From NCBI RefSeq assembly GCF_006345805.1, contig NC_043002.1:1674001-1738000 (forward strand): 64,000 nucleotides of DNA. The letters run 5' to 3'. Shown here one piece after another: positions 50,005-62,235 of this stretch. How positions within the stretch are numbered: the first letter of the stretch is position 1; the number at the start of each line of letters is the position of its first letter. The stretch is from Octopus sinensis. Its lineage: Eukaryota. The notes below the pieces were generated by a model that was given only the letters and a program-made list of their open reading frames with translations, had not been told where the DNA came from and searched no databases. The position numbers and the translations under genes are program-made.

Positions 50005-52115
50005 TGTTTAAGTCAAGTTTTGTTTAAGTCAAGTTTTGTTCAAGTAGTGAGTTCTTGTTGGGTGAGTTGTATCCAATTATGGGTGGCTTATCTGGTATTC
50101 TTTGAAGGAATCTATCCAGACTCTGTTTAAAGTTGATGGGATTCTTTTCCTCTTTGATCTCTTTCGGGACAATGTTAAATAGGGCAGGGCCTGTTGAGGA
50201 AAAGAAATTATGTTGCAGTGTACATGTATGTTGTGATCTTGAATTGGGCAGGGGACGTATAGCCCGTGGTCCAAGTCTTGGATGAACCTTGAAGCTAATG
50301 TTTAGGTCGTTTGGGCAAAGTTGGCGGTATATTTTCCACATCGTACAAATGATGTACCGCTCACGGCGACGCTGGAGGGAGTAAAGTTTCAAGGCTTTAA
50401 GGCGATCCCAATAATCGAGAGCAGCCATGCCTTCAATTTGTTTAGTGAGTGCCCTCTGGGGTGACTCAATTCTGGAGATATTTTGTCTTGTGCGAGGAGA
50501 CCACAGTGGGCAGCAGTATTCAAGGTGTGGCCGTACAAAGGAGGAAAAATGTGGTATGATGACACATTGTTCTCTGGACCGGAAAGTTCTTAAGATCCAG
50601 GAACTCATCCTACGAGCTATGTCGACCTTCTTGTTGATGTGTGCACTCCAACTGAGATCGTCATCAACAATTACACCCAGGTCTCTGATATTGTTAGAGG
50701 CTGTGAGCGGTTCCCCTGAAGGAAGAGAGTATGGTTGTTTTAGTGAGGAATTTCTTCCAAAATGCATCAGCTCAAATTTTCCCTCATTCAGTTGCATTTT
50801 GTTTCTCTCTGCCCATTGACTCACAGCATATAGATCAGACTGGAGTTGAGTTCGGTCTGCTTCTTCATTGACGATTTGCTGGAGCTTAGTGTCATCAGCA
50901 AATATTTTCACTTTGCAGTAATGTACGACACTGGAAAGGTTGTTTACGTAAATTATGAAGAGTAGCGGACCCAAAACATTTCCCTGGGGAACACCGCTGG
51001 TGACTTTTGCTGGGTTTGAGTGGACTCCATCAACTACAACATGTTGTGTTCTATTCGCCAGGAAATACTTGATCCAGTGTAGAACTTTTCCACGAATTCC
51101 AACATTTGCCAATTTTGAGAGTAGGATGTTATGGTCTACTCTGTCGAACGCTTTACTGAAGTCAAGATATATGACGTCAGAGTTCGAACCTGTTCCCAAG
51201 GCTTTGAGTACATCTTCAATGTGGTGTAAGAGCTGTGTTAGACAGCCCCTGCCACAGCGAAAGCCATGCTGATTTGCATTTAGGAGTTTGTGGGTCTCCA
51301 GGAAGTCAGCTATCCTTGATCTTAACACTCTTTCAAACACTTTGATGATGTGGGAGGTGAGTGACATTGGGCGATAGTTGACTGCGAGGGATCTGTTTTC
51401 CTGTTTGAAAACCGGGATGACCGACTGGGATAGAAAATGTTTCGGTATAGAACCTGCGTCTAACGAATTTCTCCAGAGGTTGGTCAGAGGGACTGCAAGT
51501 TGGTGTCTACATTCCTTCAGGAGACTAGCGGGGAATCTATCAGGGCCTACAGCAGAGTAATATTTGACCTCATTTATTGCTGCTACGATGTCGGTGGCAG
51601 TGAAGGTTATGTCTGAGATTTTGTGTTGGGAGTCAACTTCATTCGTTTCCCTTACGTCAATATCGGTGGGAACACTAAAGACAGAGCAGTATTGTTTCTG
51701 CAGTATTTCTGCCATTTCTTTAGCATCGTGTTGGGGAATGCCGTTATCATCAATCAATGGCCGAATGGGTGAGACAGCGGTTCTATGCTTATTTGCATAA
51801 GAATAGAACACTTTTGGGTTCTGTTTGATGTTTTTGATTACCCATTGTTCCTCCACAGCTCTTTGATTTTCAATGGAGGTTTTCATGTTAGTCTGCAGAT
51901 GAAGTTTTTCCAGCTCTAGTCTTTTCATGGTTGTTGAATGTGGATGTTGTGTGTGGGAATATTTTAATTGGTTGATTTTTTTGTTGAGTCTTTTGATGCG
52001 CCTGATGAGTGTTTTTTCTTTTTAGAGAGCCGGTTTCTGTTTGTGTTAGTAGATTTCTTGGGAGCGTGTTTAGAGCATGTATAGGTGACAATGTTTTCAA
52101 AGTGCTGCCACGCGG
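50005..52115 (-). mobile_element. 5'-truncated CR1-group LINE
   Basis: Long RT ORF. The 3' end has a 16-bp tandem duplication (aaacttgacttaaaca x2). Confidence 0.92.
50024..51928 (-). CDS. CR1-type reverse transcriptase (634 aa, uninterrupted; endonuclease part absent)
   Basis: AVGPD, NYRPMSLTS, YLDFSKAFDRVDH, GVPQGNVLGPLLF, FADDTKL and VRPHLEYC. Confidence 0.9.
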   Translation of the reverse strand: MKRLELEKLHLQTNMKTSIENQRAVEEQWVIKNIKQNPKVFYSYANKHRTAVSPIRPLIDDNGIPQHDAKEMAEILQKQYCSVFSVPTDIDVRETNEVDSQHKISDITFTATDIVAAINEVKYYSAVGPDRFPASLLKECRHQLAVPLTNLWRNSLDAGSIPKHFLSQSVIPVFKQENRSLAVNYRPMSLTSHIIKVFERVLRSRIADFLETHKLLNANQHGFRCGRGCLTQLLHHIEDVLKALGTGSNSDVIYLDFSKAFDRVDHNILLSKLANVGIRGKVLHWIKYFLANRTQHVVVDGVHSNPAKVTSGVPQGNVLGPLLFIIYVNNLSSVVHYCKVKIFADDTKLQQIVNEEADRTQLQSDLYAVSQWAERNKMQLNEGKFELMHFGRNSSLKQPYSLPSGEPLTASNNIRDLGVIVDDDLSWSAHINKKVDIARRMSSWILRTFRSREQCVIIPHFSSFVRPHLEYCCPLWSPRTRQNISRIESPQRALTKQIEGMAALDYWDRLKALKLYSLQRRRERYIICTMWKIYRQLCPNDLNISFKVHPRLGPRAIRPLPNSRSQHTCTLQHNFFSSTGPALFNIVPKEIKEEKNPINFKQSLDRFLQRIPDKPPIIGYNSPNKNSLLEQNLT

Positions 52116-52118
52116 TCT

Positions 52119-52158
<40 letters not shown>

Positions 52159-52287
52159 AAGTTCAGCAAAAAATAAGATTCAAATGTATATGGTACTTAA
52201 TTTAGATGCACCAGAATTCTGTATGGTGTTATCCATATAAATCCGTGGGGTGATTATAATCAAAATAACCAACAAGAATGACTCCGG

Positions 52288-52380
52288 TAATTTGGTACGA
52301 TCGTTTCGTACTACATCATTTTATTAAATGTCGTAAGTATCACAACAGTTTTAAAATTCTGAGCACTCATCAGCCAATTA
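52288..52380 (-). ncRNA. Type I hammerhead ribozyme (PLE type)
   Basis: TAATTGG-CTGATGA-GTGCT...AGTAC-GAAA-CGATCG-TA^CCAAATTA: intact core, palindromic stem III, paired stem I. Confidence 0.85.
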
Positions 52381-52751
52381 TAGAGGTTTTCCATTAATAC
52401 AAAAATTTTCATATCAAGTGGCAACATTATAGAGAAGGTAGAAAGTTATTATCGTGCATTTATAAATCACGTTTTGGACCGAACAACGGCCAGATACCGG
52501 ACATTTTGAACTAATCCTACAATTACAACTGGGGGAATAGTGTCCGGTACTAGAATTATTTAAGGACAGTTCACTTTCATTACTGTTATTAAAATTATTG
52601 TTAATATTAGTATTATTTTCACTATTAGTAATTACGTTGTTATGCAAACTAGGGTTACTAGTTATTAATCCATCCTCATTATCATCACCTACCATACTTT
52701 TATCTATACTACCTATATTATTAATATTGCTATTATCACTATTTACATCAA

Positions 52752-52876
<125 letters not shown>

Positions 52877-52878
52877 CA

Positions 52879-54725
52879 TTCAGTAGTTTTATTTTTATAG
52901 CGTGCTTTCGTTTTATCATGGTTCGTTGCTGTTTTATTTTTAGTTTGGATTTCATTTGTTTTATAGCTTTTGTTGTTTCTTCATCATCTTCTTCTTCATG
53001 TTTATTAGGTGGTATGATTTCTTGTTTGTATTTGTCAGCTTCCTTAAATACTGAGAACAGTTTTTTTGTTTTGCTCGAGTTTTGCCGCTATCTGGATCAG
53101 TTTTCCTTCCTTCTGAAGTAGATATTTTTGCAGTCCTATGGTGGTTATTTTATAGTAGTTTTCCAGCTGTATAAGGCCTCTACCACCTTCTATACGTTGT
53201 ATATATAGTCTTTCTGTGTCAGATTTTGGGTGATACATCCTAGATCCTGTCATTATTTTTCTTGTTTTCCTATCTATTTTGGTCAGTTCATTTCGTGTCC
53301 AGTTAAGGATATTGTAGCTGTAACTTATAACTGGGACAGCTAAAGTGTTGATGCCTATTATCTTGTTTTTAGCATTGAGCTCTGTTTTTATTATTGATCT
53401 AACTCGTCTATAATATTCTTTTTTTATTTTCTCTTTCATTTGTGTGTGTTGTGTCTTATCTAGTTCATGGATTCTTAAGTATTTGTAAGTTTGGCTTTGG
53501 TCTAATTCTTTTATTTCATTGGTTTTATCTAGTGTGATGTTGTTACTGTTAACTAGTTTTCCTCTTTTCATGGTTACTTTGGCGCATTTTTCTAATCCAA
53601 ATTTCATATCTATTTCTTTGGTAAATCCATGAACTGTCTTTAATAGTGTTTCCAGCTGTTTGTCATTTGCAGCGTATAGTTTTAGGTCATCCATATATAA
53701 AAGGTGGCTGATCGTTTTGCCGTAACATTTATATCCGCATCCAGTTCTATTTAGCATATCAGATAGAGGTGACAGTGCCAAGCAGAAAAGGAGTGGAGAG
53801 AGCGTGTCTCCCTGGAATATTCCTCTTCTAATGGGTATGTCTTTGGTTTTCATGTGTCCCTCTTTTGTTTGGAGGTGTAGGACTGTTTGCCATTTATTCA
53901 TAGAGTGCTCTATGAATTTTATGATTGTTGGTGCTACTTTGTTAATGGCTAGTGTTTCGAGGATCCATGTGTGGGGGATGCTATCAAACGCCTTTTTGTA
54001 GTCAATCCAGGCCATACTGAGGCCTTTCTTCTTTCTGTGGCTGTCTTCAGTTATGGCTTTATTAATCATTAGTTGATCTTTACAGCCATATGAGCCTTTG
54101 CGGCATCATTTCTGCTCTTCTGGGAACAGTTTGTTTTCGTCCAGATGCTTGTTCAGCCTTTGCGATATCACTGCAGTAAATGCCTTGAACATAGTAGGGA
54201 GGCAGGTTATTGGTCTGTAGTTTTCTGGTTTTGCTGTTTCATTTGATTTGGGAATTAAGATGGTTTTCCCCTCCGTGAGCCATTCAGGCATTGTCTCTGG
54301 CTCTGCTAGTATGTTGTTAAAGTTTTCAGCCAGCTTTTTGTGCATTCCTGTTAGATATTTCAACCAGAAGTTGGGGATCTTGTCATGCCCAGGTGCCTTC
54401 CAGTTGCTTAGTCTTTGCAGTGCCTGGGTGACCTCTTCAGTTGTTATGGGGGTCCAAAGTTGTTCAGATGCCGAGTTTGTTATTTTGACACTCCTTTTTT
54501 TTGGTTGTTCGTTCGCCGACCATATTTCTCTCCAGAATTCTTCCAATTCTTCTGCCGTTGGTGCTGCAGTGACTTCTATTTTATTTTTGCCCATTTCTTG
54601 GTAGAACTTTTTGGGGTTGGAGTTGAACTTTTTGTTTTGTTCAAAGAAGCGTTGGCGTTTCTCGTACCGGCGGATCCTTTGTGCTTTGGCAAGGATATCT
54701 TGTTTCAGCTTTCCTTTTATCTCAG

Positions 54726-54726
<1 letters not shown>
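52879..54726 (-). mobile_element. R4/Dong family 3, copy B: 5'-truncated RT region with an internal deletion of CCHC/RLE, joined to the 3' terminus
   Basis: IFQGDTLSPLLF and YMDDLKLY, with one in-frame TGA at about 54106. Ends aaagcacgctataaaaataaaactactgaa then TAA-type repeats. Confidence 0.9.
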
Positions 54727-54774
<48 letters not shown>

Positions 54775-54776
54775 TA

Positions 54777-54886
<110 letters not shown>

Positions 54887-54910
54887 TATTATTATTATTA
54901 TTATTATTAC

Positions 54911-54970
<60 letters not shown>

Positions 54971-54974
<4 letters not shown>

Positions 54975-55566
54975 TAGTTTTATTTTTATAGCGTGCTTTC
55001 ACTTCACTACCGAGCGCAGCTCTGTGTGCCTTGGGTATGTGCTGTGATTTGTTGTGATGCTCTGATGGTTATTGTATGGAAAGTGTTCTGCGTAGGATGT
55101 GTACAGTGCCTAGTAGTGCAATTTTCTGTATATTATATGTGTTTGTAAGTCCTGGTGTTTTTGTTATGTATTTGTCTGAATATTTTTTTATCATGCCTAA
55201 TGCACCTACTATGATAGGAATTGTTTCTGTTTTCAGATTCCACATTCTAGTTACCTCTATTTCCAGGTCTTTGTATTTTGAGAGTTTCTCCATTTCTTTT
55301 AGAGACACGTTGTCATCTGCCGGTATTGATACATCAATAGAAAGCATTTTTTTTCTTCATGATCTCTGACAACTATATCTGGTCTGTTGGCCTTAATTTC
55401 TCTATCTGTGTGTATCGGCATATCCCAGAGTATGGTTGCTTTCTCGTTTTCTGTGACCTTTTCTGGTGTGTGCCTATACCATCTTTTTTCTGTTGTTATT
55501 CCATAATGTTGGCATAGCTTCCAATGTATGTAGGTTCCAACTCTGTCATGTCTGTGAATATATTCC
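54971..55566 (-). mobile_element. R4/Dong family 3, copy A: RLE domain plus 3'UTR
   Basis: HRHDRVG, ILWD, NRPD...DVSIP...KLSKYKDL and the same 3' terminus as copy B. (TAA)n on both sides. Confidence 0.9.
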
Positions 55567-55604
<38 letters not shown>

Positions 55605-56493
55605 GTTATTATTATTATCATTATTATTATAGCTATTTTTGCAATTATTATTACTATCATTGTCGTTACTATTCATTCTACTCCTGGCTAACTTAATGTT
55701 TTTTACTATTAAGTCTAGCTATTATGGTAGCCATATTTTGGAGAGTGGAATATGAAATTCTCACTGATTTCTTAGAAATTATTTCATAATATTTATGGGC
55801 GGCTGGGAAGTTTTTTCCAGTATAGAGGGAAAAAAAGATAATTAGTAAATTTTTCAAAGATTTTAACCTAGGCATTACGTATGAACCTAACACCAAGATA
55901 GTTAATTTCCTAGACGTTACCTTAGGCTTAAATTCAAAGTTAAATTACCCATTTATAATGTTGCATTATCTAAGGCTGGATATGACCAGGAAATGACCTT
56001 CCTAGATATTGATAACATAAATCTCCTAAATAATTTTTTCATTTATTCTAACGTGTCAAAGTACTCGGAACTTATTGACCAACTGTTGTGATGATGTGCT
56101 TAGGGTTTGTAAGGTCTCCGCATTCTCTGTGAATGTTATTGTGTCCACTTGACGTTGACCTAGTTCTCCTAACGCCAAATCTGTTAATCAAATAGCAGTA
56201 ATTGGCATTTAGTTGTGACAATCCTGTTTTCTACATAAATTCCTTTATATGGAGCTCTGACATCTCTTTTACCCCATTTCTATAAATAGAAAATCTTTAT
56301 TGTCTCCTTTCATTTGTTCTTCCCTCTCAGAACCTTATCGTAGTCTGGAACAACTGAATCTTAGTCAGTAAGTTGATGGGCTCCACTACCTCAAAGGTTC
56401 TTAAAATTTAAATCCACATCTTTGTCTATATATCTACTTTCTCTACAATGTTGCCACTTGATATGAAAATTTTTGTATTAATGGATAACCTCT

Positions 56494-56588
56494 ATAATTG
56501 GCTGATGAGTGCTCAGCATTTTAAAACTGTTGTAAAACTTACAACATTTAATAAAATGATGTAGTACGAAACGATCGTACGAAATTAC
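56494..56588 (+). ncRNA. Type I hammerhead ribozyme, inverted copy of 52288-52380
   Basis: Same core. One stem I mismatch (GTA^CGAAATT). Confidence 0.78.
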
Positions 56589-56640
56589 CGGAGTCATTCT
56601 TGTTGCTTATTTTGAGTATATATATATATATATATATATA

Positions 56641-56717
56641 TATCTATACAATATGTTACATTACTCGGTAGTCAAGATAATCTTGACTACCGAGTAATGT
56701 AACATATTGTATAGATA
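56641..56717. repeat. Perfect 38-bp-arm palindrome with 1-nt loop
   Basis: 56641-56678 is the exact reverse complement of 56680-56717. Confidence 0.95.
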
Positions 56718-56779
56718 AGTTTCCTCTATTTACATAATATTGAGGTCTCTTTCTTTCTTTTGTTATCTTACCGTTTTAT

Positions 56780-56815
<36 letters not shown>

Positions 56816-56996
56816 GGAGAGTTTACGAAAAACACAAAAGACGAAGACAGATGTATTAATATAACGCTCAGGAATTGAAAAAGTATTTTACGTTTCGAAG
56901 CCTCGCTCTTCTACAGAAAGGGACACAGAAAAAATAGCAAGGAGAGAAACACCCTGCGGCTGCACTTCTACTACCTATGGATCAGTGTGGACTCTA

Positions 56997-57050
<54 letters not shown>

Positions 57051-57053
57051 ATA

Positions 57054-57263
57054 GTTATCGTCGGGCTAACATGGCAGTCCAGAAATATAGGACGTATGCT
57101 GCCGTTGATTAGCTCCAAGACGCCATCGCCTCTAGCTACCTATGTGACACACAACTAGGTTCAGGTTTGTGTGTCACATAGCTAGCTAGAGGCGACAGCC
57201 TCTTGGAGCTAATCAATAGCAGCATTCGTCCTATTTCTACTACCATGTTAGCTTAGCGATAAC
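57054..57263. mobile_element. Palindromic MITE-like element, 210 bp, TA flanks
   Basis: Imperfect inverted arms of about 95-105 bp around a short loop, TA|GTTATCG...CGATAAC|TA. Confidence 0.75.
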
Positions 57264-57468
57264 TATTAATATCCAATACCTCTGCCATAGTCTCCTTTAG
57301 AGAGACTTAGAAATATTAATATTTACACACACACACACACACCACACGCGCACACACATACATACACACACACCACACACGCACACACACACACTCACAC
57401 AAACACACATATATATATATAACAAAGGGATGACACCGGAAAAAATACAAATGTTATGTAATGAACTT

Positions 57469-57550
57469 CATCTTACGGCTGTTTTTGCTATCAGATGTGG
57501 TGGACTGTTGGTTGAGTACCAGGATAACATCATATAGCTTCATCAGAGCA
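57469..57550 (-). ncRNA. Decayed PLE-type hammerhead motif
   Basis: CTGATGA-A-GCTAT...ATAGC-AAAAA(for GAAA)-CAGCC-GTA^AG. Confidence 0.45.
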
Positions 57551-57858
57551 TTCAATATGAAGTGCACATTATTTGAGAAAGTTACTTTTTAGAACATAAA
57601 TGCGTTATGAGCAGAAAGGTTTACGTTAATGGCTATGGAAACTTCTACCCCAAGGTAAAAAAACAAAGTATGCATATATTCATATGCGCTTAGGTTAGAA
57701 TAAACAAAGATATACGTATATAGGTAGACCTGCACACTCGTTCATGTACCTATATACAAGCATGCACATGTATACACACACAACCGCACACACACGCACA
57801 CACATACACACATACACACACAAAAACACACAGTGCAGAGACAGGGAATTTGCGTGTA

Positions 57859-57927
<69 letters not shown>

Positions 57928-58257
57928 AAAATATGACAAGGTAGGAAATACTAAAATAATTTTAGCTTGAAGAACATTTTAGTACCGGTTTCAGTTTGTG
58001 CGACTTTTTCAGCTTAGAGTAAATCATGAAAAGCAATTAAATTGCGGAAAAATTAAATAAAATGTTTTTAATAAATATTTCTATAGTTTTCAAATACAAG
58101 GAACATTTTCGTTTTTTCTGTCTGTGTGTCTTTTTTTTTTACTCTTGTGCAGGCTTGGTAGTATGTAGTAAGTAGTAGCAGTCCTAAAAGGATCTGAAGG
58201 ATGTGAGTTCTTGCGAAGGAAGTAGAAGGTGGCGAATAATAATAATAATAATAATAA

Positions 58258-58288
<31 letters not shown>

Positions 58289-58489
58289 AGAACGGATAAA
58301 AAAATACATGAGTGGTATGACTAATAGGATGGTGGTGGAATCCTCTTAAATGGTCATGTGACCTAAAAGTAACCAGTTGTGGTTGTAATAGTAGTGATTG
58401 GAATTGTTCTGAATAAATTCATGGGTAATGACTGTTCTGAGTAAATCGTTTTTAGTATTAGCATGGGTATTATACTACGGCCCTTGTAG

Positions 58490-58730
58490 TAGTATCATTT
58501 ATGGTCGACGCATTCAAAAGGGGTTTATATTTTGTGATGAAATTTTAGTATTTGCTACTGCGTAGGTTATAAGTTGCATAGTCCCTGAATTTATAGAGGG
58601 GAAAATTCTGAGGCTTCGTTTTTCGTTAGTGACACAAATGTAGATGTGTTCGGTGAATGCTATTTTTCTGTATTCTCGAATTTTGATCTGGGATATATGA
58701 AGAGCCATCCTTTGACGTCGACTGCTTTTG
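58490..58730 (-). mobile_element. Penelope-like GIY-YIG C-terminal fragment
   Basis: RQRMALHISQI...EYRKIAFTEHIYIC...IFP...FITKYKPLLN. Confidence 0.6.
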
Positions 58731-58789
58731 GTATGGCCTATGTATTGCTCGAGACACCATGAGCAAGTTAATACATATATTAGCTTTTC

Positions 58790-59304
58790 CGAAACATGTG
58801 AAGTTGTTCCATTATGATTTCATTAAACCTGGCTCATTAATCACGGCCGAAGTATACTGCATCCTACAGGACCAAAGGTTGCAGAAACTTCCAAAAAGAA
58901 TAACCTAGATTAGTCCACAGATCCACTCCTATTTCATTGCAAGGCAACACTAGACCACGCATCGCAAAAATGATGTTGGCGAAACTACAGGAGTTGGAGT
59001 TGGAAGTTCTCCATCATTCACCATACTCACCTGATCTTGCCCCCGATGACTACCACTTCTTCCAGAATTTGGATAATTTTTCATAGGAAAAATATTTAAT
59101 TCCAATTATACTGTAGAACAGGCATTCCAAGATTTTATTGACTCTAGATTGCCAGGCTTTTACAGTTCCGAACTTGACAAGCTACCGCTAAAATGGCAAA
59201 ACTGTATTGACAATACGGGTGCATTCTTTGGTGAATAAACTATTTCTTGTATTTATAAAACAGCAAACATTGTTTTTCTACAAATTTCATACTCGGCGTC
59301 CTAA
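58790..59304 (+). mobile_element. mariner 3' fragment (cecropia/Hsmar1-like)
   Basis: HYDFIKPG..ITAEVYC, PYSPDLA..DYHFFQNLDNF and KWQNCID. Probable right TIR ...GGCGTCCTAA|TA. Confidence 0.75.
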
Positions 59305-60347
59305 TAATTACTTTAAATATATAATTCTTTCTTCATCAAATTGTTCCAATATTATTGTTCTAGTGGGAATACAATATTCTCTGGGGCTTTTTTTCCGCCA
59401 GTAGCTTAACAAAATAGTAAATGTTACATAGTATATGGTCTTTCTTGAATTTGCAAGCTATGTACAAAACAGTGGTATACAACTTGGAACGTTCATTAAC
59501 TTTTATATATTAAGATGCGTTCAGAATTTAGTGGGATTTATAAAGTCGGCAGTAAACTATCAAATAGTGAATGAAATATTAGCGAAACACGAGAAATTGC
59601 AATTTATTTTCATGGAGGAAAAAGTAAAATAACTGAAAAGTAAACACAACAAAAGCAAAAACAAATAATAAAAGAAATAATAAACGAAGGCAGAACATGA
59701 GTAATAAGGATGATAGTAACACTGATTTATAGGAACATAACAAAAAGGATTATCCTGATTATTTATGGAATGAAACGAAGAACATGCTACTACATAAAAA
59801 GAGAGAGAAGAATTTATAGTCACAACCGTCCAAAGTTTTCGTTAGAATTATGCAAAAAGCAAAAGTGGAGACGTAGACGAAAAGACAACAGATTTTTGAG
59901 AGAAATTGCCCATAACAGATTAGATTCACTCACTAGACAGATGAAGAGAAATTTCAGATGAACACCAACAAGAGTTAAGTGTAACCTAGATGGACTAGGC
60001 CTTTGTCAGAAGGTAAAATAGGATGCTGTTGTGCTCAGAGAAGGGCATTTTAACCCCAAAATATTCAAATGTCAACTAAAATATAAACTGTTGGTTTATT
60101 GTAATTCTGTGTCGCTCCATTATTTTAGTTTGCATTGAATTAGGTTTTAAACAAGCATTATATATACATTCGTCCCTATATGTATATGTATAGGTGTCTG
60201 TGTGTGCTTGTATATGTGTATGTGAATGTATGTATATATATATATATTATATATATATTGATATATATATATATATGTATATATATGTGTATGTGTGTAT
60301 GTATATGTATGTATAAGTATATGTATATATATATGTATATGTATATA

Positions 60348-60411
<64 letters not shown>

Positions 60412-60419
60412 AAGAAACC

Positions 60420-61490
60420 TTAAAGCCTTCTACAAGTTCACAAAAGAGTCTGCCTCAGTGCGATACAGGATAGGACCACTGTTTGAAGAAAACGGCTCCA
60501 CTGACTGCAGACCACAAGAGGATATATGAAGCACTCAATAAACAATTCTAATGTGCGTTCACCTCCTCACTAGAAAACATGAAAATAAACAGACCTGATT
60601 AGTTCTTCAACACCTTTAACCTACAAGAGAAAAAGGTGACCATCAATTACATTGACAGATATATTGTCGGCCATTGATGAGTTAAACTTAAACTCTGCAA
60701 TAGGCCCAGATGGACTCCCAGCGGTACATTTCCTCAAACGTTAAAAGAAGGAATAATCTGCCCTATCCACAAAGGAGAAGTAAGAGCGGATGCTATAAAC
60801 TACAGGCCTATTTCTCATACCTCACATGTCAGCAAGATCATGGAACGCATTGCCAGAAAAAGACTGGCCACGATCCTAGAGGGAAATGACTTGCTTGCAG
60901 ACACGCAACATGGTTTCAGTGTTGGAAGGAGCTGCCTAACACAGCTACTACAGCACTTCGACTGGGTGCTAAAACAACAGCTCAACCATTCAAAGATGGA
61001 TGTGATATACCTCGACTCTGCCAAGGCCTTTGACAAAGTCGATCATGAGATGATGTCACAAATCGCGTGACCACTGTATCGCTAGCAGACTGGGAGAGTG
61101 GCTACATACTTTCCTGAGGGACAGAAGTCAGGCTGTCACAGCAAATGGTGCTCTCTCTGATGTGACACCAATCCTCAGTGAATCCCCCATGGAACAGTGC
61201 TGGGACCACTACTGTTTGTGGTTGCTCTCTCGGACACGTACTCAGCTATAGAATTAGCCACACTCACTAGCTACACCGATGATACAAAGGTATCGCAGGC
61301 AGTCAAGAATCCTACGGACATCCTATGACTGCAGAATGATCTGAACGCAATATATAAATGGGCTGATGAGAATGATATCCAGTTCAATGGTGCAAAATTT
61401 CAAGCACTCCGCTATCAACCTACGAACAAACTACAGCTGACGTACATGGGATCATCAGACATTGTACTCCCAGAGTTAGAGTTTATAATC
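60420..61490 (+). mobile_element. Degraded CR1-group LINE RT fragment
   Basis: NYRPISHTSHVSKIMERI, YLDSAKAFDKVDH, GTVLGPLLF and YTDDTK. Confidence 0.85.
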
Positions 61491-61724
61491 ATTCAAAAGA
61501 AAAGTAAATGGAGATATAGAATTCAATAAAACTTCATTATCTGCAAAAATCCAGTAGAGTCACTTACAGCTGCTTCAATTAAGCCTAAAAGATTAAAGCA
61601 GCAATTATTAAAACCATTACGTTTGGCAAAATCTCTCAGAGATGTAGAAAAAGATATACCGTTAGGTTTTAGGTGTTGTATTGTAGAATCGTCACATCAG
61701 ACTGATGATATATATATATATACA

Positions 61725-61771
<47 letters not shown>

Positions 61772-61789
61772 CTATATATATATATATAT

Positions 61790-62000
61790 TCTTTTTTTTC
61801 TCTTTTTACTTGTTTCAGTCATTTTTGACTGCACCCATGCTGGAGCACCGCCTTTAGTCGAGCAAACCGACCCCGGGACTTATTCTTTGTAAGCCCAGTA
61901 CTTATTCTATCGGTCTCTTTTGCCGAACCGCTAATTGACGGGGACGTAAACACACCAGCATCGGTTGTCAAGCAATGCTAGGGGGGCAAACACAGACACA

Positions 62001-62042
<42 letters not shown>

Positions 62043-62235
62043 ACACACACATATATATATATATATATATACGACAGGCTTCTTTCAGTTTCCGTCTACC
62101 AAATCCCCTCACAAGGCATTGATCGGTCTGGGGCTATAGCAGAAGAAAATTGCCCAAGATGCCACGCAGTGGGAGTGAACCCGGAACCATGTGGTTGGTA
62201 AGCAAGCTACTTACCACACAGCCACTCCTGCGCCT
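61790..62235 (-). mobile_element. SINE family A, full length
   Basis: Near-identical to the 36995-37395 copy. Confidence 0.92.

Noticed and set aside
50427-51800. Plus-strand ORFs opposite the CR1 RT (similar ones opposite the other LINEs and transposases)
   Set aside because: Antisense shadows of coding frames, with no independent motifs.
59710-59961. Basic 83-aa ORF
   Set aside because: Low-complexity purine-rich sequence with no recognisable domain or splice support.
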